Made by a program: the position numbers and the translations under genes. This document shows positions 44,420-54,984 of a DNA stretch of 64,000 nucleotides, in pieces. Origin of the DNA: Flavobacteriales bacterium (lineage in GTDB: Bacteria; Bacteroidota; Bacteroidia; UBA10329); assembly GCA_020635535.1 (NCBI GenBank), contig JACJZP010000013.1, positions 16,358-80,357 on the forward strand. The letters are read 5' to 3'. Under the pieces are notes generated by a model, which saw nothing but the letters and a program-made list of their open reading frames with translations, was not told the origin of the DNA and searched no databases. Within the stretch, counting starts at the first letter, position 1; each line of letters starts with the position of its first letter.

Positions 44420-45138
44420 GATTTTTTCTGTCTGTATTCTTCATTTCTTTCTCAGTTTCGGTTTGCGGGCAGTCGGTCGATTCGTTGCAATACGTGCTCG
44501 GACGGTTCGATTATACCAAGCATGCCGATTTTGTGAAGATTCCCTCGGCATACGCCAATAAAGATGGAATGTACTTGAGGAAAGAAGCATTGGACGCATT
44601 CAAACTCATGCGGCAAGCAGCGTTGAAGGATGGTATAGCTCTCACTATCATTTCCGCCACGCGAAATTTTGACCATCAGAAACGCATTTGGGAGGCCAAA
44701 TGGAACGGACAACGTTTGGTAAATGGCCAGAATCTGAGAACTGCCATTCCAGACAAGGCAGCACGCGCCAAGGAAATTCTGAAGTATAGTTCCATGCCTG
44801 GAACTTCCCGTCACCATTGGGGAACAGACATCGATATCAACTCACTCAATTCCAGTTATTTCAAAAATGGAAAAGGCAAAAAAGAGTACGAATGGCTGCG
44901 CGACCACGCTTACGAATTCGGTTTCTGCCAAGTGTATTCCCAAAAAGGAACAGACCGACCGAACGGTTACGAAGAAGAGGAATGGCATTGGAGTTACATC
45001 TCATTGGCTAGAGCCTTTCTCCGGCATCATCAAAAGAATGTAAAGGCAAGTGATGTTTCCGGTTTTGATGGAAGCGATGCTTTGCCGCTTTCCGAAGTAT
45101 CAAAGTATGTAAATGGAATTGCATCAGAGTGCAAATAG
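44416..45138 (+). CDS. M15B (VanY-like) D-alanyl-D-alanine carboxypeptidase family protein
   Basis: Zinc-site motifs SRHHWGTDIDIN (SxHxxGxAxD type) and EEWHWSY. N-terminal signal-like segment. The ATG overlaps the upstream stop (ATGA at 44416-44419). Confidence 0.75.
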   Translation: MRFFLSVFFISFSVSVCGQSVDSLQYVLGRFDYTKHADFVKIPSAYANKDGMYLRKEALDAFKLMRQAALKDGIALTIISATRNFDHQKRIWEAKWNGQRLVNGQNLRTAIPDKAARAKEILKYSSMPGTSRHHWGTDIDINSLNSSYFKNGKGKKEYEWLRDHAYEFGFCQVYSQKGTDRPNGYEEEEWHWSYISLARAFLRHHQKNVKASDVSGFDGSDALPLSEVSKYVNGIASECK

Positions 45139-45252
45139 CAGTCGATGAAACCGCCTGTTGCAAGTTTTCACTGCTTCTATAAATACGATGTTTAACGTAG
45201 CATCGGTGAGATATTCGAAGTGTAAAATTGTGGAAACAATTAACACAAGAAC

Positions 45253-46302
45253 ATGAGAACGTTAACCTTTACTCTAAGTACACTTTTAAGCCTTAATGCC
45301 TTTGCGCAGGCTCCCGTGGCCGGTTATTATTTCAATGGAAATGCTGATGATATTTCAGCAAACGCCATAAACGGTACACTCGAAACATATAAGATATCTG
45401 CATTTGCCGATGACAACCCACCTGTTTTGGTGGACGGGCATGATGGTACGTCAAACTCCGCCTATCGATTCCCTTCATTGGCTACTGGAGGTCAAGGTAG
45501 AATAGGATTTGGTCAGCCCGCAGAACTGGATTTTGGAACAAACAGTTTCTCCATTTCCTATTGGTTCAAACCAAGCAGCAGCTCAATTGCAGCGTCTGCC
45601 ATTGCCAATGGCGATGGCACTTCCAACGGATTCCGTTGTGGTACTAATGTGGTGAATGCGGTAAAAGAGGCCGTGTTTTACATGGGTTCTGGACCAGCGA
45701 TTCAGTTCGGTACATACAATGCCGACCTTCAAATGAACACTTGGTATCATTACACGGTAACCGTTGATAGAGAAAACAACATCATCAAATTGTATCTGGA
45801 TGGTGCTCAGCACGACATCCAGACATGGACGGTCAACTCTGGTGGAAACCCAACAGGCGGCAGTGTTACCGGGGCAGATTACACCATTACCAATGCCTCT
45901 GTCAGTGCAGCGCACCAAGGAAACCTGCAGTTCGGACTTTCAATGAATATTCCGTCAAGTCATTTTGTGAATGGTGCTTTGGATGATGTGTTTTTCTTTG
46001 ACCGTGTATTGAGTTCTTCTGAAGTAAGCGGCCTGTACAATGGCGTTGTTCCTGGTCAGGCTTCTGGAATTGCCGATGTTCGTGGTCTGGAGGTTCTTAA
46101 CCTGTATCCCAATCCTGCAACCGATGTGGTTATCGTATCTGATCTTGCCTCACAGAATTCTAATTACGCAGTTCTGAACAGTGTAGGAATGCAGGTGCTT
46201 TCAGGCAAACTGGTTGGAGGAACCATTGATGTGAGTTCACTTTCAAAGGGAGTATACATACTCAGAACAGACGAAAAGATAGGACGCTTTATTGTGAACT
46301 GA
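45253..46302 (+). CDS. LamG (concanavalin A-like lectin) domain protein with T9SS type A C-terminal sorting domain
   Basis: Signal peptide ..LLSLNAFAQA. LamG-like core (WYHYTVTVDRENNIIKLYLDG ... GALDDVFFFDRVLS). C-terminus LNLYPNPATDVVIV...GVYILRTDEKIGRFIVN. Confidence 0.7.
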   Translation: MRTLTFTLSTLLSLNAFAQAPVAGYYFNGNADDISANAINGTLETYKISAFADDNPPVLVDGHDGTSNSAYRFPSLATGGQGRIGFGQPAELDFGTNSFSISYWFKPSSSSIAASAIANGDGTSNGFRCGTNVVNAVKEAVFYMGSGPAIQFGTYNADLQMNTWYHYTVTVDRENNIIKLYLDGAQHDIQTWTVNSGGNPTGGSVTGADYTITNASVSAAHQGNLQFGLSMNIPSSHFVNGALDDVFFFDRVLSSSEVSGLYNGVVPGQASGIADVRGLEVLNLYPNPATDVVIVSDLASQNSNYAVLNSVGMQVLSGKLVGGTIDVSSLSKGVYILRTDEKIGRFIVN

Positions 46303-46326
46303 GAGTGCTCTCTCTTCGATTTGAGA

Positions 46327-46357
46327 ACGCCCGGAACCTTGGTTCCGGGCGTTTTTT
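46327..46357 (+). terminator. rho-independent terminator
   Basis: ACGCCCGGAACC-TT-GGTTCCGGGCGT is a 12-bp GC-rich stem followed by TTTTTT, 25 nt after the stop at 46302. Confidence 0.75.
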
Positions 46358-46443
46358 ATTCAGTTGATCGGTGATGGACCGCGGTCGTTAACAACTGTCT
46401 TGATAATTCCTTGTTCATCGTTGACCTTCCCCTTCGCAAAGGG

Positions 46444-46451
46444 TACATTTG
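46444..46451 (+). promoter_or_regulatory. candidate -7 promoter box TACATTTG upstream of guaA
   Basis: Matches TAnnTTTG and ends 20 nt upstream of ATG 46471. Confidence 0.35.
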
Positions 46452-46470
46452 CCCCTTGAAATTCCGATAG

Positions 46471-48000
46471 ATGCAAGAGACCATTCTGATTCTTGATTTC
46501 GGTTCGCAATACACACAGCTGATTGCTCGTAGAGTTCGCGAACTGAATGTTTACTGTGAGATTCATCCGTTCAATAAGATCCCTGAGCTTACGTCTGACA
46601 TCAAAGGGGTGATTCTTTCGGGTAGTCCATCTTCCGTTCGTGATGAAGGTTCGCCAACTCCAGAACTTGCCAATATCAAAGGCAAGTTGCCGTTGCTGGG
46701 CGTTTGCTACGGAGCGCAGTTCCTTGCCATGTCGAATGGTGGAAATGTGGAAGCCTCAGATTCTCGTGAGTATGGTCGTTCCAATCTTTCCTTCTCAGAC
46801 AGTGGAAATGCATTGATGAAGGGTGTTCCAGAAACATCTCAGGTTTGGATGTCGCATGGCGATACCATCACCAAACTTCCGAATGGTGCCAAGCTTATCG
46901 GAAGCACCAAGGATGTTGAAGTGGCGGCCTTCTGTTTTGAGAACGAACAGACCTATGGAATTCAGTTCCACCCAGAAGTAACGCACTCTTTGGATGGACT
47001 GACACTGCTGAGAAATTTCGTGGTTGGAATCTGCGGTTGTACGCAAGATCATACAGCTGATTCATTTATTGAGAGCACGGTTTCTCAACTGAAGGCTCAG
47101 TTGGGAGATGACCGCGTTGTTCTTGGTCTTTCCGGAGGAGTGGACAGTAGCGTTGCAGCCATGTTGCTCTCCAAGGCCATCGGGCATAATCTTTACTGCA
47201 TTTTCGTGGACAACGGATTGCTACGCAAGAACGAGTTTGAGACAGTATTGCAAACCTATCAGGGGCTGGGACTCAACGTGAAGGGTGTTGACGCCAAGGC
47301 AGCGTTTCTCGGTGAACTTGCCGGTGTGAGCGATCCTGAGACCAAGCGGAAGATCATTGGCCGTGTTTTCATTGACGTGTTCGATAAGGAGGCACATCTC
47401 ATAACAGATGTTAAATGGTTGGCGCAAGGCACAATTTACCCAGACGTAATTGAGTCTGTATCGGTAAACGGGCCGTCTGCCACCATCAAGTCGCATCATA
47501 ATGTTGGTGGCCTTCCCGAAAGAATGAAACTGAAAGTGGTGGAGCCGTTAAAGACCTTGTTCAAGGATGAAGTGAGAGAAGTTGGGAAGCACCTTGGTCT
47601 TCCAGAACGACTTCTTGGCCGACATCCGTTCCCTGGTCCGGGTCTCGCCATCCGAATTCTTGGAGATATTACCCCTGAGAAGGTCAGAATCCTTCAGGAG
47701 GTCGATCACATCTTCATTTCATCATTGTTGGAACACGATCTGTATGATGATGTTTGGCAGGCTGGAGCCATTTTCCTTCCTGTTAATTCGGTAGGTGTAA
47801 TGGGAGATGAGCGAACGTATGAGAATGCTGTGTGTCTAAGGGCGGTTACATCAAGAGATGGAATGACGGCCGATTGGTGCCATTTGCCTTATGAATTCTT
47901 GGCCAAGGTTTCTAACGAGATCATCAATAAGGTTCGTGGCATCAATCGTGTGGTTTACGACATCTCTTCCAAGCCACCTGCAACCATTGAGTGGGAATAG
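46471..48000 (+). CDS. guaA: GMP synthase (glutamine-hydrolysing)
   Basis: GATase domain ([14 protein letters not shown]), ATP-PPase P-loop [10 protein letters not shown], and the conserved C-terminal dimerisation end ..[10 protein letters not shown]. 509 aa. Confidence 0.95.
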   Translation: MQETILILDFGSQYTQLIARRVRELNVYCEIHPFNKIPELTSDIKGVILSGSPSSVRDEGSPTPELANIKGKLPLLGVCYGAQFLAMSNGGNVEASDSREYGRSNLSFSDSGNALMKGVPETSQVWMSHGDTITKLPNGAKLIGSTKDVEVAAFCFENEQTYGIQFHPEVTHSLDGLTLLRNFVVGICGCTQDHTADSFIESTVSQLKAQLGDDRVVLGLSGGVDSSVAAMLLSKAIGHNLYCIFVDNGLLRKNEFETVLQTYQGLGLNVKGVDAKAAFLGELAGVSDPETKRKIIGRVFIDVFDKEAHLITDVKWLAQGTIYPDVIESVSVNGPSATIKSHHNVGGLPERMKLKVVEPLKTLFKDEVREVGKHLGLPERLLGRHPFPGPGLAIRILGDITPEKVRILQEVDHIFISSLLEHDLYDDVWQAGAIFLPVNSVGVMGDERTYENAVCLRAVTSRDGMTADWCHLPYEFLAKVSNEIINKVRGINRVVYDISSKPPATIEWE

Positions 48001-48019
48001 AACGTAAGAAAGCCTCTGA

Positions 48020-49684
48020 ATGAGGAAACTGATCATCATAACATTTGCATGTCTTCTTTTCTGCACACAAATTTTGTTGGCGCAGGAAACGCAGGTCGCT
48101 AAAAGTGACAGTACTGCAAAGATCGAAGGTGAAGTTTATATCATCCACAAGGTTGAACCCAAGCAGACACTGTTTTCCATTGCCAAGACGTATGAGGTTA
48201 AACTCAGCCGCATTGCATTTGATAATACAGGTGTTCTTGATGGTCTGAAACTCGGTCAGTACCTCAAAATTCTTGAGAGTGCTGTTGGCGAAACGCGCGA
48301 AGAAAATAAGGAAACCGAAAAACTGGAGCTGGATGGTGAGTACGTACTGTACACCGTTCCGCCCCGACAAACGCTTTATGCCATTTCGAAGGAGTATAAC
48401 ACCACCATTGAAGCAATTGTGGATGCAAATCCGGAGTTGGCAGATGGACTGAAGGTTGGAATGAGTATTCGTATTCCTGTTCCGAAAATGCTGGGCGAGA
48501 AACATGTTGGAAAAGTGGAGATGGTCGGTTTGCCGGATATCATCAAGCAGCAGGTAGTAACGCAAACTGAGGCTCAAAGTCCCGTCTCAGTTGCTTCAAA
48601 AGGAGGAAAGATAGCTTTGATGCTGCCGCTTTATCTGGATGAGAACGATACGATTGCCACGCACCGTGTGGAAGGGGAGCCGGAGAAGGTCTTCGAGCGG
48701 TCTGAAATCGGTTTGGCATTCTATGAGGGTTTTTTGATGGCCCTTGATTCATTGAACAATGTCGGTTATGAGGTTGAAGTTTCAGTTTTCGACACGGAAA
48801 ACCGACCGTGGAAAGTGCAGCAGTTCATTAAACAGGGTAAACTGAAAGGTTTCGATCTGATCATTGGGCCGTTGTACGGTAAGGTCTTTTCTGAAGTGGC
48901 TGACTTTGCATACCAGAATTGTATTCCAGTTGTAACACCAACATTGAAAGGAAACAGTTCCATGAATGGAAATGATTTTGTTTTGAGGTTGATTCCATCT
49001 GAACCGGCCATGATTTCAGCCATGGGCAGATACTTGGCACTTTCAGATTCTACAGAAAACCTGATTGTTCATTATGGAGCAGCAAACGAGCTGGATTTGA
49101 TAAAGCAATTCAAATCAGGCGTTTCCAGTCTTGGAATGAAAACCGCCAAGTTCCGAGAAATGAACATCAACAAAGCTGGTTCAGACTCTGTTCGTAATGC
49201 GCTTTCAATTACAGGCCGAAATAATTTGATTCTACTTTCGGAGAATGAAGTGAGATTGGCAAGCTTGCTGCGCAAAATGTCCAATTGGTTGGAAGACGCC
49301 TATTTGGTTGGTTTTGCCCCCAATTCGTGGCAAGGATTCAAGAATATAGAAATGGATTACTTCGATAAGTTCCGAATTCATGTACCTACACCATTTCATG
49401 TTGATTACGAGCGGCTGGATGTGCAGTTTTTTGTAAAAGGTTTCCGTGAAAAGTTCAAGACGGAACCCAGCACATTTGCTTTCCGTGGTTATGATCTTGC
49501 CATGCATCTTGTGAGGAACCTTGCTGGAATCCGAGAATACGGTCCAAGTTACCTGGAGTCAGTTCAGGAAACGGGGCTTCAAAATGATTTTGCTTGGAAA
49601 CGGGCTCCAAACGGTGGTCTGGAGAATGCCGCCCCTCGGATGGTTGATTACACGAATTATGAACTGAAATTGGCCACAGATTGA
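48020..49684 (+). CDS. LysM-domain protein fused to a type 1 periplasmic-binding-protein-like domain
   Basis: Signal peptide. Two LysM units (YIIHKVEPKQTLFSIAKTYEV...GQYLKI and YVLYTVPPRQTLYAISKEYNT...GMSIRIP). A ~370-aa region follows that begins KIALMLPLYL, typical of Leu/Ile/Val-binding-type folds. Confidence 0.65.
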   Translation: MRKLIIITFACLLFCTQILLAQETQVAKSDSTAKIEGEVYIIHKVEPKQTLFSIAKTYEVKLSRIAFDNTGVLDGLKLGQYLKILESAVGETREENKETEKLELDGEYVLYTVPPRQTLYAISKEYNTTIEAIVDANPELADGLKVGMSIRIPVPKMLGEKHVGKVEMVGLPDIIKQQVVTQTEAQSPVSVASKGGKIALMLPLYLDENDTIATHRVEGEPEKVFERSEIGLAFYEGFLMALDSLNNVGYEVEVSVFDTENRPWKVQQFIKQGKLKGFDLIIGPLYGKVFSEVADFAYQNCIPVVTPTLKGNSSMNGNDFVLRLIPSEPAMISAMGRYLALSDSTENLIVHYGAANELDLIKQFKSGVSSLGMKTAKFREMNINKAGSDSVRNALSITGRNNLILLSENEVRLASLLRKMSNWLEDAYLVGFAPNSWQGFKNIEMDYFDKFRIHVPTPFHVDYERLDVQFFVKGFREKFKTEPSTFAFRGYDLAMHLVRNLAGIREYGPSYLESVQETGLQNDFAWKRAPNGGLENAAPRMVDYTNYELKLATD

Positions 49685-50583
49685 GTTTGTCTAAGGAAGA
49701 GATTGCAGATTGGTTCAGGCAGCTACAGCTCCATATTTGCTCAGAACTGGAATCTGAAGACGGTAAGGCCAAGTTTGAGGAAGACTCTTGGGAGAGACCC
49801 GGTGGAGGAGGGGGGCACACTCGGGTTATTCAGCACGGTAATGTGTTTGAGAAAGGAGGTGTGAACTTCTCTGCGGTGCATGGCGAACTGACTGAACCGA
49901 TCATGAAAGCACTGGAGTTGAATGATCGGAATTTCTTCGCCACGGGTGTGTCAATTGTTATCCATCCACACAATCCGTTTGTGCCCATCATCCACATGAA
50001 TGTGCGGTATTTTGAACTTGGAGATGGCACTTACTGGTTTGGTGGCGGTATAGATCTGACACCGCACTATGTTCAAACAGACGATGCAAAATTCTTTCAC
50101 CAGCAGTTGAAAAATACTTGCGATAGGTTTGATGCCAATTACTATCCTGAGTTCAAAAGGTGGGCAGACGATTACTTTTTCATCAAACACCGAAAGGAAA
50201 CACGAGGTATTGGTGGAATTTTCTTTGACAGACTCAAGGAAGATGCTGGTCACAGCAAACAGCAAATTTGGGAATTTGTTAAAGCCGTGGGCGAAACCTT
50301 TGCACCAACTTACCGAAGCATCGTATCGAGAAATAAGAATGCCAGTTACACTGATTCGAACTTGAAATGGCGTAATCTGAGACGAGGCCGATATGTGGAA
50401 TTCAACCTCGTTTACGACAAAGGCACCAAGTTCGGATTGGAGACCGATGGAAGAATTGAATCCATTCTCATGAGCCTTCCTGAAAATGCTTCATGGGTCT
50501 ATGATTTCAGGCCAACAAAAAACTCCCTTGAAGCGGATACCTTAAACCGCCTCATTAAAGGTGTGGATTGGGCAGCTGGCTGA
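49681..50583 (+). CDS. hemF: oxygen-dependent coproporphyrinogen III oxidase
   Basis: Conserved HemF blocks: WERPGGGGG, HPHNPFVPIIHMNVRYF, WFGGGIDLTP, RRGRYVEFNLVYDKGTKFGL. The TTG start overlaps the upstream stop. Confidence 0.9.
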   Translation: MSLSKEEIADWFRQLQLHICSELESEDGKAKFEEDSWERPGGGGGHTRVIQHGNVFEKGGVNFSAVHGELTEPIMKALELNDRNFFATGVSIVIHPHNPFVPIIHMNVRYFELGDGTYWFGGGIDLTPHYVQTDDAKFFHQQLKNTCDRFDANYYPEFKRWADDYFFIKHRKETRGIGGIFFDRLKEDAGHSKQQIWEFVKAVGETFAPTYRSIVSRNKNASYTDSNLKWRNLRRGRYVEFNLVYDKGTKFGLETDGRIESILMSLPENASWVYDFRPTKNSLEADTLNRLIKGVDWAAG

Positions 50584-50713
50584 CAGGTTTCGAGTTCAGT
50601 TTAGGTACTTTTGGTTGTGTCTGATTCCTGCATGGAACTCTGTCTTTTTCAGGCAACCGCAACCGAATTCAGGCGTTTTTGAATTAAACGCTAGCTGAGG
50701 CGTTTGGACCAAC

Positions 50714-53700
50714 ATGAGAAACCTTCTTTACCGCTGGTTGTTAGCGGTTTTTCCTGTCCTTCTGCTTATGTCTGAAAAGGCGGAGGCTTCTCATGCACTT
50801 GGTGCGGAGATCACATACGAATGTTTGGGTGGAGATCAGTATCGGGTCCGCTTGGTTTTCTATCGGGATTGTGGTGGAATTGCTGCTCCTACAGCGCCTA
50901 CTGTAAGCATTACATCTTCTTGCGGCAATCAGAATCTGGGAATGACGCTGTTGCCGCCAGAACCACCGTTTCCACCATTTGATCAGTATTTGGTTGATTA
51001 TGAGTTGCCTGTTTACTGTGCAGCATCTAATTGCGGCAGCGGATCCAATCCAGGAATTCAACAGTATGTGTATGAGGCCACGGTCAACCTTCCGCCTTGT
51101 GCAGATTGGACCATGAGTTATGACCTCTGTTGCAGGTCTGCCTCTATCACAACGATTAACGCGCCAGGCAGTCAGGACATTTACGTAAGTGCGTTTCTGA
51201 ACAATCAAGCGGCACCTTGCAACAGTTCACCGCAATTTGATGTACCAGCAAGAGGATTTCTCTGTTTGAATGAGGATAATACTGTTCTGGCTACAGCTAC
51301 TGACCCCGATGGTGACCTGCTGGTGTATAGCTTGTATACTCCATGGCATAATCCGGGGCAGAGTGTGAGTTACACCGGGGGCTTCAGCCCGAATAATCCA
51401 CTGAACAGCAGTTACTACAATTTCAACAATGGGGTCATTACCACACGGCCTACTTCAAACGGTCAGATTACCGTGGTTGGCGTTATGGTGGAGGAATACC
51501 GGAACGGAGTTCTGATTGGTAGAGTAGTGCGCGATATGCAGATTCGGGTGATCAACAACTGTCCTCAAAACCCGGGTAACAACTTTGACATCGATCAGGA
51601 TGGGATTTTTGATTCTGATACAATTGTTCTCTGTTCCAACAGTTCCATTCAGCTTGATGTGTACTTGAGCAATACTGTTCCCACCTTGAATTACAATATT
51701 GTGGTGGAGAATTTGAGCGACTTTTCCGGGGCTACTTTCACCAATGTTCCAGACCCTTCGGCCCCAGGCGGAATTGTCGGTCAGTTTGTTTGGACGCCTG
51801 ATCAAGGAACTGTCGGGACAAACCAAGTGGTCGTTTTCACAGCCTTTGATGACAACTGTCCCGTAGTGGGATTTGCCAATTTTACGTATGAGTTCATAAT
51901 TACTGGGCTGGAACTCGATGTGGATATTGATACCGTAGCAATTTCTTGTGCCGATTCTGTTGAAATGAATGCTTTGGTGTCGAACGGTTCACCGCCCTAC
52001 AGCTTTCTATGGAGTGATGGATTTGTTGGCCCGAGCCGTTGGGTTGGCGAAGGACAGTATGCCGTTGAAGTGACAGATGCCGAGGGTTGTACTGGAAGCG
52101 ACACCATTGAAGTGTACTATGTGGATGATCCGCAGGGGGCGTTTTTCGACCCGCCAAGTGCCTGTGTTGATTCGGTCATAAACTTTGTAGATCAATCGTT
52201 CAGTAACTATCCGGCAAATCTGCCTCCAATAAATATTGTGGATTGGGAATGGGATTTTGGGGATGGAACGGTGGTAACTGGTGTTCAGAATCCATCTCAT
52301 GCCTACGATACAGCGGGACTTTATCAGATTCAGCTCATTGTAACGAACGATCTCGGTTGCCGTGATACGGCTTGGAGCGAGGTATGGGCCAATCCACCGC
52401 CCAATGTGGGTTTCGTTTTTGAAAACGTATGTACCGATACGGTGTTCACATTCACAGATCAATCAACCATTGACACAGGAATGATCGTTGGTTGGGCTTG
52501 GGATTTTGGAGATGCATCTGCACCGGTTCAAGTCCAGAATACAACACATCAATACAGCAATCCGGGTTACTATGATGTAACCTTGTTGGCTGTTTCAGAC
52601 AGTGGGTGTCCGTCTTATTTAACGCAAGAGGTTTATTCATTTCCGTTGCCTGTGGCAGATTTCTCACCGACTGATGTCTGTATCGGCAATGTTTCAGGAT
52701 TCAATGATCTTACGGTAGTTTCTGCGGGTTCAGTAGAAGGTTGGCAATGGGATTTTGGCGATGGAAGTGGTATGTCATCGCTTCAAAACCCAGTATACAC
52801 CTATCAGGATACTGGGATTTTTGATGTGACATTGATTGTGACCACCGACTCTATTTGCAGAGATACGGTTACGCAGCAGGTTACTGTGCATCCATCCCCA
52901 ACTGCTGGCTTTTTCAATGACACTGTCTGTGCTCAACTGGAGTTGACCTTCACGGATACATCAACCGTTCCTACCGGAAACATTGTATCGTGGTCGTGGT
53001 ATTTCGGTGATGGAAGCGTTTCAGGTAATCAGAATCCGATTCATGTTTACAGTATTGGTGGGCAGTACACAGCGTCTTTGGCGGTGCAATCAGATCTCGG
53101 ATGCATCGATACTATGTCTCAGAACGTTATCGTCTATCCGAAGCCGAATGCAGAATTTCTGACCTATGCAGCTTGTCTGAATGATACCAACCAATTTACG
53201 GATCAGTCAACCGTTGCCACAGGTTCGCAAGTGGTGGGTTGGAACTGGGATTTCGGAGATAATATTGGCACATCAACCGATCAGAGCCCGTGGTACATTT
53301 TCAATAGTAATGGGATTTTCGATGTGGAGCTGATCACGGAAACCGACAATGGATGTTTGGACACGGTGTCGCATCCTACGCAGGTGTTCGTGCTTCCGGT
53401 TGCCGATTTCAGTTTTACCGATGTATGTGCTTACAATGCTGCGGTTTTTCAGAACAACTCAAACATACAGCAAGGTTCCATTACTGGATATTCGTGGACC
53501 TTTGGGAACGGTAATACATCCAGTGCGCAGCAGCCTGTTGGACAACTTTATGACTCTGCAGGATTCTATGATGTGGAATTGATCACGGTATCTAACAATG
53601 GTTGTTCAGACACGATTGAACAGAGCATTGAGATATTTCCGATACCCACAGCCATGTTCACATTCGATTCGGTGTGTTATCCATTTGCCACCCCGTTTAC

Positions 53701-54961
53701 AGATCTTTCCAGTTCAGGCGGTAGTTACCCAATTGCCAATTGGGTGTGGAAATTCGGTGATGGAATTACAATGAGTGGTGTTCAAAATCCGACCCATACC
53801 TACACCCATTGGGGAGATTACAGTGTAGAATTGATAATTACCACAGCTGCGGGATGCGTGGCCGACACAACGCTGGGACCTGCGAGGGTCTACCCAAAAC
53901 CTGAAGCTGATTTCAGCGATGCGATTGCCAACTGTTTGAATGATACCACGGTCTTTGAAGACCTATCGACCGTTGAAAACTACCCATACGATCAGATAAT
54001 TACTTGGAGTTGGGATTTTGCAGATGGCGCATTGAGTGCCGCACAGGATACACAACATCTCTATGCCAATGATGGGTTCTATGATGTGATGTTGGCCATT
54101 GCCACAAATAATGGCTGTCAGGACACCGTTTTTAAAGCAGTAGAGATCTATCCACTTCCAGAAGTTGCATTTACAGCAGATACAAATGCGGGTTGCCAGC
54201 CCTTCAGGGTGTGGTTTACGGATCTTACCACCATTCCTGATCCATATTTGCTGAGCACGTGGGAGTGGAATTTTGGAGATGAGCCAGGAACGGTTTCATC
54301 ACAGCACCCTGAGCATACGTACTGGGATGATGAACTGGGCGATTTTGACACTGGAATTTACTCTGTGTGGTTGCGGGTTACTTCGGCCAACGGCTGTGTT
54401 TCAGACACCACCTATGTTGACTACATTACCGAGTATCCTAAACCTGATGCGCTTTTCGCGGTAGATCCGTCAAGAACAGATATCATCTTCCCGAAGTTCC
54501 AAATAACTGATCTGGCCAGTCCGAATGTGGTTGATTGGTTCTACGAGTGGGGAGACGGTGACATTTCTCTTGAAGCTAACCCCGTACATGAATATGCAGA
54601 CACGGGTTATTATGACATAACACAGATCGTCAAAACCGAATTCGGTTGTGTGGATACAGCCATGGCCAAGGTTCGTGTAGACCCGGAATTCAGATTTTAC
54701 ATACCATCTGCTTTTACACCTGACGATGACGGTATCAATGAAACATTCTATGGTTCAGGAATAGGGATTCTGGATTATCAGATGCGCATTTACACCCGTT
54801 GGGGAGAACTCATTTTTGAATCGAACGAGCAGGATTACCCGTGGGATGGAACATACAGGAACAAACAGGTCCAAAAAGGAGTATACGTGTATCAATTCGA
54901 CCTTATGGACGTGAAAGGCGAGCCGCATAAATATCGCGGGCATGTAACCTTAACCAGATAG
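50714..54961 (+). CDS. giant T9SS cargo: Cys-rich N-domain, ~10 PKD repeats, type B C-terminal domain
   Basis: Signal peptide. The N-domain is homologous to that of the 33648 protein (YRDC, CCR, NSSP, D-DGD-LVYSL blocks). PKD motifs WEWDFGDGT, WAWDFGDAS, WQWDFGDGS, WSWYFGDGS, WNWDFGDN, YSWTFGNGN, WVWKFGDG, WSWDFADG, WEWNFGDE. The C-terminus has IPSAFTPDDDGINETF...YTRWGELIFES...GVYVY. Confidence 0.85.
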   Translation: MRNLLYRWLLAVFPVLLLMSEKAEASHALGAEITYECLGGDQYRVRLVFYRDCGGIAAPTAPTVSITSSCGNQNLGMTLLPPEPPFPPFDQYLVDYELPVYCAASNCGSGSNPGIQQYVYEATVNLPPCADWTMSYDLCCRSASITTINAPGSQDIYVSAFLNNQAAPCNSSPQFDVPARGFLCLNEDNTVLATATDPDGDLLVYSLYTPWHNPGQSVSYTGGFSPNNPLNSSYYNFNNGVITTRPTSNGQITVVGVMVEEYRNGVLIGRVVRDMQIRVINNCPQNPGNNFDIDQDGIFDSDTIVLCSNSSIQLDVYLSNTVPTLNYNIVVENLSDFSGATFTNVPDPSAPGGIVGQFVWTPDQGTVGTNQVVVFTAFDDNCPVVGFANFTYEFIITGLELDVDIDTVAISCADSVEMNALVSNGSPPYSFLWSDGFVGPSRWVGEGQYAVEVTDAEGCTGSDTIEVYYVDDPQGAFFDPPSACVDSVINFVDQSFSNYPANLPPINIVDWEWDFGDGTVVTGVQNPSHAYDTAGLYQIQLIVTNDLGCRDTAWSEVWANPPPNVGFVFENVCTDTVFTFTDQSTIDTGMIVGWAWDFGDASAPVQVQNTTHQYSNPGYYDVTLLAVSDSGCPSYLTQEVYSFPLPVADFSPTDVCIGNVSGFNDLTVVSAGSVEGWQWDFGDGSGMSSLQNPVYTYQDTGIFDVTLIVTTDSICRDTVTQQVTVHPSPTAGFFNDTVCAQLELTFTDTSTVPTGNIVSWSWYFGDGSVSGNQNPIHVYSIGGQYTASLAVQSDLGCIDTMSQNVIVYPKPNAEFLTYAACLNDTNQFTDQSTVATGSQVVGWNWDFGDNIGTSTDQSPWYIFNSNGIFDVELITETDNGCLDTVSHPTQVFVLPVADFSFTDVCAYNAAVFQNNSNIQQGSITGYSWTFGNGNTSSAQQPVGQLYDSAGFYDVELITVSNNGCSDTIEQSIEIFPIPTAMFTFDSVCYPFATPFTDLSSSGGSYPIANWVWKFGDGITMSGVQNPTHTYTHWGDYSVELIITTAAGCVADTTLGPARVYPKPEADFSDAIANCLNDTTVFEDLSTVENYPYDQIITWSWDFADGALSAAQDTQHLYANDGFYDVMLAIATNNGCQDTVFKAVEIYPLPEVAFTADTNAGCQPFRVWFTDLTTIPDPYLLSTWEWNFGDEPGTVSSQHPEHTYWDDELGDFDTGIYSVWLRVTSANGCVSDTTYVDYITEYPKPDALFAVDPSRTDIIFPKFQITDLASPNVVDWFYEWGDGDISLEANPVHEYADTGYYDITQIVKTEFGCVDTAMAKVRVDPEFRFYIPSAFTPDDDGINETFYGSGIGILDYQMRIYTRWGELIFESNEQDYPWDGTYRNKQVQKGVYVYQFDLMDVKGEPHKYRGHVTLTR

Positions 54962-54984
54962 AGGAGTAGAGGCGGTTTTTAGCG

